From positions 3,840,001 to 3,904,000 of the forward strand of contig OZ252098.1 in NCBI GenBank assembly GCA_965248355.1: 64,000 nt of DNA, written 5' to 3'. Source of the stretch: Candidatus Latescibacterota bacterium (GTDB lineage: Bacteria > Latescibacterota > UBA2968 > UBA8231). Below the pieces are notes generated by a model that was given only the letters and a program-made list of their open reading frames with translations, was not told where the DNA came from and did not search any database. The first letter of the stretch is position 1. Every line of letters begins with the position of its first letter. A program made the translations under genes and the position numbers. Shown piece after piece: positions 18,733 to 27,767 of the stretch.

Positions 18733-19668
18733 ATGTCGACCGTGTTCGAGATCTTCAACCTCATCGTCTGGGGCCTTCTGTTCCTGGTCCTGATCGTCAA
18801 GTTCCTGCGCTCGATCCGGCTCGTGCCGACCCAGTCGGCGTACGTCGTCGAACGGCTCGGCAAGTACACCCGGACGCTCAACCCCGGGTTGCACGCCCTT
18901 GTGCCCTTCGTCGACAAGGTGGCCTTCATCCGCGACCTCAAGGAGGAGACCGTGGACGTGCCGCCCCAGGAGTGCTTCACCCGCGACGAGGTCCAGGTCG
19001 AGGTGGACGGCGTCCTCTACATCTCCGTCATCGATCCGGTGAAGGCCAGCTACGGCGTGACCAACTACTCCTTCGCCGCCATGCAGCTGGCGCAGACGAC
19101 CACCCGCTCCGTGATCGGCACCCTCGAGCTCGACCGCACCTTCGAGGAGCGCGACCTGATCTCGGCCAAGGTCGTGGAGGTGCTGGAGAGGTCGGGGGAG
19201 ACCTGGGGGATCCGCCTGCACCGCTACGAGATCAAGAACCTGTCGCCGCCGCCGACGGTGAAGGAGGCCATGGAGAAGCAGGTCACCGCCGAGCGCAACC
19301 GCCGCGCCATCGTGGCCCGGTCGGAAGGCGACAAGCAGAGCCGCATCAACACCTCGGAGGGCCGGCGCCTGGAGCTGATCAATCGCTCGGAGGGCGAGAT
19401 GCAGCGCACCATCAACGAGGCCCAGGGTCAGGCCGAGGAGATCCGGTCCCTCGCCCATGCGACGGCCGAGTCGATCGAGAAGATCGCGGCCTCGATCAGC
19501 GTCGCGGGGGGCGCGCACTCGGTGCGCCTGCAGCTGGCGGAGCGCTACCTGAAGACGCTGCGCCGTCTGGCCGACGGAAAGACGGATGTGCTCTTGCCCA
19601 TGGACCTGGCCAACCCGCAGCAGTTGCTCGATTCCATCGAACTGAGCGAGCCGGACGACAGGGGCTAA
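18733..19668 (+). CDS. Second SPFH/band 7 (paraslipin-like) protein
   Basis: VVERLGKY, TRDEVQVEVDG, LAQTTTRS.IG, WGI..HRYEI, AER.RRA. Confidence 0.93.
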   Translation: MSTVFEIFNLIVWGLLFLVLIVKFLRSIRLVPTQSAYVVERLGKYTRTLNPGLHALVPFVDKVAFIRDLKEETVDVPPQECFTRDEVQVEVDGVLYISVIDPVKASYGVTNYSFAAMQLAQTTTRSVIGTLELDRTFEERDLISAKVVEVLERSGETWGIRLHRYEIKNLSPPPTVKEAMEKQVTAERNRRAIVARSEGDKQSRINTSEGRRLELINRSEGEMQRTINEAQGQAEEIRSLAHATAESIEKIAASISVAGGAHSVRLQLAERYLKTLRRLADGKTDVLLPMDLANPQQLLDSIELSEPDDRG

Positions 19669-19732
19669 CAGGCTGCCGTGCGCAGGGCCGCGCGCTCCAG
19701 GGACCGCCCGGCCCCTCCCGCGGCACCGAGCT

Positions 19733-19900
19733 CGTGGCGATGCGCAGGAGCCAGGCGAGCAGGGTGCCGTCGCCCTTCCACTGGCCGGCGCGGTGCCACA
19801 GGGGCAGGAAGATGTCCTGTGTCACGTCGGCGATGTCCTCGTCTTCCCGGTGGATCCGCTGGAGGTGCTGCCGGACCTCGGCGCGATAGCGTTCGTCCAC
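19733..19900 (-). pseudogene. ECF sigma factor region-2 relic
   Basis: VDERYRAEVRQHLQRIHREDEDIADVTQDIFLPLWHRAGQWKGDGTLLAWLLRIAT matches the ECF sigma2 pattern (D..QD.F..LW…WL.RIA); no region 4 follows. Confidence 0.65.
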
Positions 19901-19929
19901 CGGGATGACACCGCCGGCGTCTCCGGGGT

Positions 19930-21285
19930 TCACGGGGCCGGGGGTGGTTGCTCGGCGATGCAGTAGAGGTGGCGCCGGCCTCGCAGGTAGAGCTCGCCGC
20001 CGGCCAGAGCCGCCGAGGCGCTGAAGCCATCGTCGAGATGATTGACGGCCAGGACCGCGGGCGAGTCCCCGTGGCTGAGCACGACGGTGACGCCGTTGCG
20101 TCCGGTGACATACACGCGCCCGTCGGCTGCCACGGGGGATGCGAAGACCCGATCGATGCCTTTGAGGCGCATCGCACCAGGGCGGTCCGCGCCGGTTCGC
20201 GCGTCGACCCGGGTGAGGATGTTCTGGAAATGGCGGACGAAGTAGAGGGCATCCCCGTAGAGCAGGAGCGAGGGAACGTAGGGCGCGCCCCGGTTGCGGC
20301 TCCAGGCGGCCTGGCGAGGGCTGCCGGCCTCTCCCGCCGGGGGGTGGAGGGGGACGGCGAGCACGACTTGCCGGTCGTAGCTGCTGCCCGCGAACACGAG
20401 GCCGAGACCGGCCACCGGCGTGGCCACCACGTTCTCCACCGACAGGCCGGGGCACTCCCAGATCAGCCGCCCGTTGGCCAGATCGTAGCCGCGCACCAGC
20501 CGGGAGCCGCTGACGACGACCTGGGGACGGCCGCCGACGTCGGTGACGATGGGCGTGGTCCAGGACGAGGCCGGCTCGCGGGGCGCCTTCCAGCGTCGGG
20601 CACCGGTCCTCTTGTCGAAGGCGGCGAGGAAGGACTCGCCCTCATGGTCCCAGTTGACGACCAGAGTCCCGCCGAAGAGGGCCGGGGAGCTCCCCTCTCC
20701 GTGGCCGTGGAGCGGGTCCATGGGGCCGAGATCGACTTCCCACAACAGCTCCCCGTCGAGATCGAGACCGTAGAGCCCGTAGGAGCCGAAGGAGGCCACC
20801 AGGTGCTCGCCGTCGGTCACGGCCGAGGCGGAGGCCAGGCTAGCGGTGTAGTGGCCCCCGGCGCGAGGCAGGTCGTCGCCCACCACCCGCTGCCACAGGA
20901 TCCGACCGGACCCGCGGCCCAGGGCCAGGACGACGAACCTGTGGCGATGGGTGATGGGCCGTTCGTCGTGGGCCCCCGGGAGCCCGCTGTAGCCCGCTTG
21001 CAGTCGATCGCCGTAGGGGACGGCGGCGGTGACGAAGACCCGGTCGCCCCAGACAACCGGCGTAGAGTGGCCACCGCCCGGCAGTGCGGCCCTCCAGCGC
21101 AGGTTCCGGGTCTCGCTCCACTCGACCGGAGGCTTGGCGTGGGGCGCCGTGCCGGTGCCCAGCGGACCCCGCCAGGCGGGCCAGAAGCGGTCCCTCCCGG
21201 CGGCGGGCTCGACGGCGGCCGCACCCGCGGCCACCAGGCAGCAGACCGCGGCGAGGGCGGCAGAGTGGAGGTCCGCACGGACCAT
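19930..21285 (-). CDS. PQQ-binding-like beta-propeller repeat protein (secreted)
   Basis: Signal peptide; WPAWRGP.G.G, WSE..NL.W…LPG.GHSTPVVWGDRVFVT, repeated SP/W motifs, ASPVAADGRVY. Confidence 0.88.
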   Translation of the reverse strand: MVRADLHSAALAAVCCLVAAGAAAVEPAAGRDRFWPAWRGPLGTGTAPHAKPPVEWSETRNLRWRAALPGGGHSTPVVWGDRVFVTAAVPYGDRLQAGYSGLPGAHDERPITHRHRFVVLALGRGSGRILWQRVVGDDLPRAGGHYTASLASASAVTDGEHLVASFGSYGLYGLDLDGELLWEVDLGPMDPLHGHGEGSSPALFGGTLVVNWDHEGESFLAAFDKRTGARRWKAPREPASSWTTPIVTDVGGRPQVVVSGSRLVRGYDLANGRLIWECPGLSVENVVATPVAGLGLVFAGSSYDRQVVLAVPLHPPAGEAGSPRQAAWSRNRGAPYVPSLLLYGDALYFVRHFQNILTRVDARTGADRPGAMRLKGIDRVFASPVAADGRVYVTGRNGVTVVLSHGDSPAVLAVNHLDDGFSASAALAGGELYLRGRRHLYCIAEQPPPAP

Positions 21286-21287
21286 CC

Positions 21288-23384
21288 TCAAGCCGGGGGG
21301 TCTGCTCCCCGGGCCAGCTCGGGCCCGGCCAGCCGCAACAGGTCCCGCCGGGCCGAAGCCTGCTCCACGCGCACCCGCAGGCGCTGGCCGGGGGAAGCCT
21401 GGAGGCGGTGCCCCCGCGGCGCCGGGACGTAGCAGGACATGGGGCCCTCCGGCAGCAGGACCAGGTGCCCCGGCCCCCTCGGTTCGGCGACCACGCACTC
21501 CAGCCGGGCGTCGTCGTCGAGGCCCTCGAGCCACTTGAGCGTCCAGTACCGGCGGCTGCTGCGGCGCACCCGCTCCGCCGACTCCCGGCCTTCGCGGGTG
21601 TCGAGCAGGATGCTCTCGAGATCGTCGGCCGTCAGAGGGTTGGAGCGCCATCCCGCGACCCACAACAGCTGCCGCTGCATGGCCAGATCGACGTAGCTCG
21701 TCAGGGGACGGGCGCCGGCGGCCAGGGCCGGCAGTCCGAGGCCGGCGTGGGGGGCGGCCTGCGTCCCGAGCCACTCCCGGGCGGCCTGGCTCTCGAGCAG
21801 GTGGGCCCGCAGGGTCTCGGCCGCGGCCGTGTCCGCGCCCTCCGGGGCGGTTCCCTGGAAGCCAGCGGCGGGGGCCTCCCGGACCGCATGGATGGCCGGC
21901 GCGTGGTCCTGGCAGAGGCGGGCGATGGCCTCGGCGGCCAGCAGGCGCAGCTCGGTGTCGATCCGGGCCTCGAGCCCCTGGGCGGTCGGTTCGGCGCGGC
22001 CGTCGTGCACCTCGATCGGGTCGACGGGGCGCAACTCCTGCCAGGCCCCCTGCCGCCGCCGCCGTTGGCGGAGCGCCGCTGCCAGGGCCGCCAGGCGGCG
22101 TACCGGCGCGCTGCTCTCCCCGGCCTCAAACGCCAACCTGGGGCGCGCCCGCCCCAGGGACAGGCGCACCTTCCGCGGGACCAGCTCCCGGTCCAGGCTC
22201 ACCCTCAAGGTCAGGACGGGACGGGCCTCGGCCGGGGTCAGCCGGCAGGCCTCGGTCAGCTCCGCGGGCAGCATCGGGACCTCCCGCTCGAGCAGATGCA
22301 CGGTGACGCCGCGCGCGGCGGCTTCCTGGTCGACGGCGCCGCCGGCCTCCACCCACAGGGACGGCACGGCCATGTGGATGTCGACGATGGTGCGGCCGAG
22401 GAGGCTCCGGCGCAGGCGGTAGGCGCGCTCTCCGCAGGCGGTGACGCAGAGGCCGGAGCCCCAGCGGCGCCTTCCCGGCCATCCAGCGGCGACGGCACGG
22501 GGATCGAGCTCACCCGCGGCCTTCTCGGCGGCCTCCGGGAACCCTTCGGGCAGGCCGAGCCGGTGCAGCTCCAGGTTCTCGTCGGCGGACCAGTGACCCA
22601 GGCGGACGAGGACGTCGAAGGCGGCGCCGGAGCCCCGCAGGTTGGCGGCTCCCATGAGACGGGCGGCGGACGGGCTCCGCTCGCCCAGGGCGGCCGACTC
22701 GAGCAGGGCCACGGCCTCCTCCGCTCCGGCGGGACTGGGGTCGGATGGATGCCCGTCGGCAACCCTCCGCACCCAGGAGGCCAGCTCGGCCTGGCGGCTC
22801 GTCTTCGCCTCCTCACGGGCGGAGGCCGCCTCGATCCCCTCCACCGCCGCCGGGGAACGCGGGCGCCAGCGGGCGCCGTGGCGCTCGAAACGGCGGCCGT
22901 TCCACAGGGCCCGCAGCATGCCGGCTCGACGGCTCTCGTCCGGATCACCCGGGTCGTGGAGCTCCACCAGTTCCTCCAACCGCCAGTCGCCGCGGTCGGG
23001 TCCGGATGCGTGAGTCACCTGCCAGAGGGCGGAGAGATCGACGGCCCGGCGGGCGGACTCGCGCCGCTGGTCGATGCGCCGGAGCTCCGCCAGCGCCATC
23101 TCGGGCGTGTGCATCGACACGTACTCGGGGGATACGTTCACCACCTTGTCGCGGCGCAGGTGGAGCTGGCGGCCGTCGACGGCGACGACGTCGCAGCCCC
23201 TGCGGTTGGCGGGATCCCGGGCCAGGTAGCCGCACAGAAGCTGTCCGCCTCGACGGAACTCGACCACCGCGCCGGCTCGCTCGAGGACGGGGCGGGTGCT
23301 GCGTTCGGCCTGCACGAGGCGTGCCACCTCCCGGCGGGAGGCATCGTCGAGGGAGGTGGTCAGGTGTCGCGACCAGCGGATCAT
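21288..23384 (-). CDS. RNase II/R (RNB domain)-like protein with degenerate catalytic motif
   Basis: ENLELHRLGLP..FP, VDQEA..RG.TVHL.E…PMLP, PHAGLGL, PL.SY.DL..QRQL, C-terminal S1-like region. Confidence 0.75.
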   Translation of the reverse strand: MIRWSRHLTTSLDDASRREVARLVQAERSTRPVLERAGAVVEFRRGGQLLCGYLARDPANRRGCDVVAVDGRQLHLRRDKVVNVSPEYVSMHTPEMALAELRRIDQRRESARRAVDLSALWQVTHASGPDRGDWRLEELVELHDPGDPDESRRAGMLRALWNGRRFERHGARWRPRSPAAVEGIEAASAREEAKTSRQAELASWVRRVADGHPSDPSPAGAEEAVALLESAALGERSPSAARLMGAANLRGSGAAFDVLVRLGHWSADENLELHRLGLPEGFPEAAEKAAGELDPRAVAAGWPGRRRWGSGLCVTACGERAYRLRRSLLGRTIVDIHMAVPSLWVEAGGAVDQEAAARGVTVHLLEREVPMLPAELTEACRLTPAEARPVLTLRVSLDRELVPRKVRLSLGRARPRLAFEAGESSAPVRRLAALAAALRQRRRRQGAWQELRPVDPIEVHDGRAEPTAQGLEARIDTELRLLAAEAIARLCQDHAPAIHAVREAPAAGFQGTAPEGADTAAAETLRAHLLESQAAREWLGTQAAPHAGLGLPALAAGARPLTSYVDLAMQRQLLWVAGWRSNPLTADDLESILLDTREGRESAERVRRSSRRYWTLKWLEGLDDDARLECVVAEPRGPGHLVLLPEGPMSCYVPAPRGHRLQASPGQRLRVRVEQASARRDLLRLAGPELARGADPPA

Positions 23385-23430
23385 GGGAAGCTCCGTCGCG
23401 GCGGGAGCGCATGCGGGTGAGGGGATCCTG

Positions 23431-23460
23431 AGGGTATCCTCCCGGCATCGACAGTGTCAA
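23431..23460 (-). promoter_or_regulatory. Possible sigma70 promoter for the RNB-like gene
   Basis: Minus strand TTGACA, 18-bp spacer, TACCCT. Confidence 0.45.
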
Positions 23461-23496
23461 CCGGTACCCGCAGGGCCTATACTCTGCGGCAGCCTC

Positions 23497-24078
23497 ATGT
23501 CTGCCCGCGAGTCCACACATCGGCCCCCGGCTCCGGCCTTGCGCCGGTTCTTCGGAGCCATGGTGCGACCGTGCTTCGCCAGCCTCGGAATCGGTCCGGG
23601 AGAGCTGGCCGACTACGTCACCGACCTGCTCGCCCGGTTCTCCCGCACCGATCAGCTCTGCCGCGTGCTCGACAGCCGCGGACGGCCCCTGCACACCCTC
23701 AGCGACCTGCTGCTTGAGCTGATGGAGGAGTGGGGTTCCGACCGGGCCTGGTCCTTCGACCGGGAAGTGGACATGCGGCGCCACTGCGGCGACTACGCCC
23801 TGTTCCTGTCCGGCATCTTCCGCCCCCACGTGGAGGCCGGCGGATATCTCTCCTACTACCTGCGGGAGGGGGGAGAGAGCTACCGGCTCGTGGGCGAGCG
23901 CCTGCAGCTGGTGGGCGCCGGGCAGGCCAGACTGTTCCGCGGCATGGCGGACCGCTTCGAGGAGCCGTCGGGGACCCTCGACTACCTGCGCAAGGTGCAC
24001 ATGGTGCCGGCGCTGCACCGGCATCCGTACGGCGCCGCCCTCCGCGGCTTCGAGGTGGACGGCGCCGGGGCGCCTTGA
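23497..24078 (+). CDS. Conserved hypothetical helical protein
   Basis: YV.DLL.RF, RH.GDYALFLSGIF, YY..EG..SY recalled from a conserved uncharacterised family; typical codon usage. Confidence 0.7.
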   Translation: MSARESTHRPPAPALRRFFGAMVRPCFASLGIGPGELADYVTDLLARFSRTDQLCRVLDSRGRPLHTLSDLLLELMEEWGSDRAWSFDREVDMRRHCGDYALFLSGIFRPHVEAGGYLSYYLREGGESYRLVGERLQLVGAGQARLFRGMADRFEEPSGTLDYLRKVHMVPALHRHPYGAALRGFEVDGAGAP

Positions 24079-24160
24079 CACCCGGCCGGGGATCGCCCGT
24101 ACGGAGCCGCCGGCGTCGTGCTCCGGGCGAGGACCATGAGCCCGGGACCGCCATTCGGAG

Positions 24161-25231
24161 ATGACCCAGGTCCGGCCTCCGCTGCCGCGCATCACGCTGC
24201 GCGGCGTCCTCCTGACGGCGGCGGGCTGGCTGCTGTACACCGTCGTCTTCGAGATCTACTTCGCCGTCATGCTTGGGGCTCCCCTCGGCGCCTCCCTTCC
24301 GGGGCGCGCTACCGGCAGCCTGCTCATGGGCCTCTACAGCGTGCCCGTATGGCTGGCCGTCATCCGCGGGCTGGACCGGTCCTCATGGGGCTGGCGGGTC
24401 CTGGCCCACGCGGCCCTCGGCCCGCTGTACGTGGCCGCCAACTGGTACACGATGGACCTGCTCTCCCGCCTGCTGTACGGTGCGCGCGCGGTTCCTGCCG
24501 ACATGGTGATCTGGCAGCTGCTCGGGCTCCTGTTCACCTACATGGTGCAGTTCGGGCTGTTTCACATCGTCCGGGCGGGGCAGAAACTGCGCTGGCGGGA
24601 GAGCCGGCAGGCCGCGCTGGAGCGCCTGCTGCGTGAGCAGCAGCTGGCGGTCCTGCGGTCGCAGCTGAACCCGCACTTCCTGTTCAACAGTCTGAACACC
24701 ATCAGCGCCGTCCTCAGTCAGGACGCCGAGAAGGCGCGCGGACTGATCGCGCGGCTGGGGGATGTGCTGCGCTACGCCGTCGACTCGGTGGAGCGGGATT
24801 CCGTCTCCCTGGCCGAGGAGTGGAAGCTGACCCGCAGCTACCTCGAGGTCGAGCAGGCCCGCCTCGCGGACCGGCTGGAGGTGCGTGAGGAGGTCTCCGA
24901 TCATGTCCTTTCTTCGGATGTGCCTCCCATGATCCTGCAGCCCCTGGTGGAGAATGCGATAGTACACGGCATCGCCCCCCATCCCGAGGGGGGTCGCCTG
25001 TTCCTCTCGGCGGATCGGGTGCGGGATCAGCTGGTGCTCGCCGTGCGCAACAGCGGGGCCGCCGTCCCCGGCGACGCCACCCTCTGGGAGGCTCGGGGCA
25101 CGGCCCTCAGGAACATCCGGACCCGCCTGCGGACCCTCTACGGGGAGGCGGCGGACCTGCGGCTGTCGTCACCGCCGGAAGGGGGGTTCGAGGCGATCGT
25201 TCGACTTCCGGGTGGGGACGTGGATGACTGA
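24161..25231 (+). CDS. LytS/YehU-family sensor histidine kinase
   Basis: 4 TM helices; LRSQLNPHFLFNSLN, YLEVEQARL.DRL, LQPLVENAI.HG. Confidence 0.93.
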   Translation: MTQVRPPLPRITLRGVLLTAAGWLLYTVVFEIYFAVMLGAPLGASLPGRATGSLLMGLYSVPVWLAVIRGLDRSSWGWRVLAHAALGPLYVAANWYTMDLLSRLLYGARAVPADMVIWQLLGLLFTYMVQFGLFHIVRAGQKLRWRESRQAALERLLREQQLAVLRSQLNPHFLFNSLNTISAVLSQDAEKARGLIARLGDVLRYAVDSVERDSVSLAEEWKLTRSYLEVEQARLADRLEVREEVSDHVLSSDVPPMILQPLVENAIVHGIAPHPEGGRLFLSADRVRDQLVLAVRNSGAAVPGDATLWEARGTALRNIRTRLRTLYGEAADLRLSSPPEGGFEAIVRLPGGDVDD

Positions 25232-25967
25232 AGAAGCGACGGCGCTGATCGCCGACGACGAGGCGCCCGCCCGCCAGTTGCTGGCCGAGTATCTCGGCCG
25301 CTTTCCCCAGATCTCCATCGTCGCCGTCTGCACGGACGGAGCTCAGGCGGTCCGGGCCATCGACGAGCATCGCCCTTCCCTGGCCTTCCTCGACATCCAC
25401 ATGCCCGTGCTCACCGGTCTGGAGGTGTTGACGCGGATCCGGCACCTGCCGCGGGTGGTCTTCACCACCGCGCATCCCGAGTTCGCCGTCCGGGCCTTCG
25501 AGGTCAACGCCGTCGACTATCTGCTGAAACCGTACGACTTCGAGCGCTTCTCCACCGCCGTCGACAAGGCCCTGAAGGCATCCCGCGGCAGCGAGGTCGA
25601 CCGTCTGGTCTCTCTGCTTCACGAGGTCCGGCGGCCGGAGACGGCCAGACAGCTCTTCCTCAAGGTCTCGGGCCGAATCATGGCGGTCCCCGTCGACCAG
25701 GTCCGCTGGCTCCAGGCGGAGGGAGACTACACCCGCGTCCACACCCGGGGCGGATCCTGCTTCGTCAGCGAGGGCCTGGGCGGCTTGGAGGCGAGACTCG
25801 ACCCGGACCGGTTCATGCGCATCCACCGGTCCGCCATCGTCGCCCTGGAGGCCCTGCGCGAGCTGATCAGCGACGGCGACGGAGGCTACGTGGCGCGCCT
25901 CGACGACGACACCGAGGTGCGGGTCTCGCGATCATACGCATCGAGGCTCCGCGGCCTCATGGGCTGA
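25224..25967 (+). CDS. LytTR-family response regulator
   Basis: IADDE..AR, FLDI.MP, FTTA, AFEVNAVDYLLKP, F.RIHRS.IV, VSRSY. Confidence 0.95.
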   Translation: MTEEATALIADDEAPARQLLAEYLGRFPQISIVAVCTDGAQAVRAIDEHRPSLAFLDIHMPVLTGLEVLTRIRHLPRVVFTTAHPEFAVRAFEVNAVDYLLKPYDFERFSTAVDKALKASRGSEVDRLVSLLHEVRRPETARQLFLKVSGRIMAVPVDQVRWLQAEGDYTRVHTRGGSCFVSEGLGGLEARLDPDRFMRIHRSAIVALEALRELISDGDGGYVARLDDDTEVRVSRSYASRLRGLMG

Positions 25968-26009
25968 CGCCGAGGCCGCTCCGGAGGCGAACCGGCGGCC
26001 TACCCGCGG

Positions 26010-27472
26010 TCAGGGTGTCAGCCGGCGCCGGGTGACGATCTCCCGATAGACGGCGGCGCTGTCCTTCCACAGGCGCTCCTGGCTGTCGAAGTCGACGTGG
26101 ATCAGCCCGTAGCGGCGGCCGAAGCCGGCGCTGTACTCGAAGTGATCGAAGGCCGACCAGACGATGTAGCCGTCCACCGGGGGACACCCGCCGCCAGCGC
26201 CCGGTGAACCTGACGCAGGTGATCCTTCAGGTAGCGGGTGCGCAGGGCGTCGTGGATCCGCCCCCCCACGACAACTTCGTCCGCCGGTCCGAAGCCGGAG
26301 CCGTTCTCGGTGATGACGAGCCGCGGTGACCCGTAGTCCCGCGCAATCCTGGTGAGCAGGTCATGCAAACCCTCGGGGTGGACCTCCCCGAGGAAGGACG
26401 TCACCGAATCCGGGTCGGCGAGCACCTCGATTCCGAACCTGTGCGAGCCCGGCCGCCGACGGACACGCCGCGGGGCGTAGTAGTTGACCCCGATGAAGTC
26501 CGGCGGCACCCGGCCCAGGGCCGAGATCATCTCCAGGTCGGCGGCCAGACCCGCCGCGCGGTAGCGCCCCAGCACGTCCGCCGGATAGGACCCGTGCAGC
26601 ACGGCGTCGAGGAACCACCGGTTGAGGATGCCGTCCTCCAGCCGCGCCGCGGCGAGATCCTTCGGATCCTCCGTGGCGGCATATACGGGAGACAGGTTCA
26701 AGGCGATTCCGATGCGGCCCGGCAGCCCCATCTCCCGGAAGACCTCCACCGCCCGGCCGTGGGCCAGCAGGTGGTGGTGCGTATCCAGCGCCTGCGCGGC
26801 CAGCGCTTCAGCCGGCACCGGGACGAAGTGTCCCTCCCGGGCGGGGGGCAGCAGGCCCTTGGCGATGCTGCCGATGTACATGGTCTCCATGTAGGGCTCG
26901 TTCAGCGTGATCCAGGTGGACACCCGGTCGCCGTACGCCTCGAAGACGACGCGGGCGTACTCGGCGAACCAATCGGGAGACCGGGGATTCGCCCAGCCGC
27001 CCCGCCGCATCAGCTCCAGTGGTAGGTCCTGGTGATAGAGGGTGACCACGGGCTGGATGCCCGCCGACAGCAGCGAGTCGATGACGGCGCCATAGTGCTC
27101 CACGCCCGCCTCGTTCAGCGGCCCGACCCCTTGCGGAAGGATCCTGGACCAGGCGATGGAGAAGCGGTAGGTATCGACCCCCAGGCGGCGCAGATGGTCG
27201 ATGTCCCCTCCGTATCGGTGGTAGTGGTCGATGGCGACGTTGCCCGTCGCCCCTCCGGCGATCCCGATCTCGTTAGTGTAGAAGTCGAGGACCGACAGGC
27301 CCTTGCCGTCCTCCTTCCAGGCGCCCTCGGTCTGGTAGGCCGATGTGGCGGCGCCGAACTGGAAGCTCTCAGGGAACTCCAGGTCGGTGGGGGATCCGGA
27401 TTCTTGTTGCAGGAGGCCGCAGCTTGTGCACAGGAGCAGCATGGAGATGGACAAGGGCATGGAGCGCGTCAT
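26010..27472 (-). pseudogene. Glycoside hydrolase family 1 (beta-glucosidase), putative lipoprotein, frameshifted at G5 tract 26179-26183
   Basis: FQFGAATSAYQ.EG, YRFSIAWSRI, NEP and ITENG catalytic motifs; canonical tail VDGYIVWSAFDHFEY..GF..RYGLIHVDF..QER..KDSA is in another frame ending at 26010; may be a sequencing error. Confidence 0.8.
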
Positions 27473-27767
27473 GGGGCTCTCTCCTTTGATGAGTGCTCCA
27501 CGAGCCTACGGAGAGGCGGGCCCCGGTCCACCCCATTTTCGACGAACGGCGTCAGCGCCGGATGAACGGCCTGTCCGGCGCGCCGAAGGGAGGCGCGGAC
27601 GACCGGTCGGCCGGGGATGAGTCCCCCTCGGCAGACCTGGACCCCGGCCGGGGCTTCTACCGGTGCGCCCCCGGGACATGGAGCCTACCTTAACCCTCCT
27701 TCGAGGGTGGAATGAGCCGGGGCGTCGCGCGGGCCGGCCTTGCCCGGGCCACGACAGGAGGACATCG

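Noticed and set aside
27480..27767. c-di-AMP (ydaO) riboswitch upstream of the K+ channel
   Set aside because: Consensus elements not found by eye; an Rfam scan would settle it
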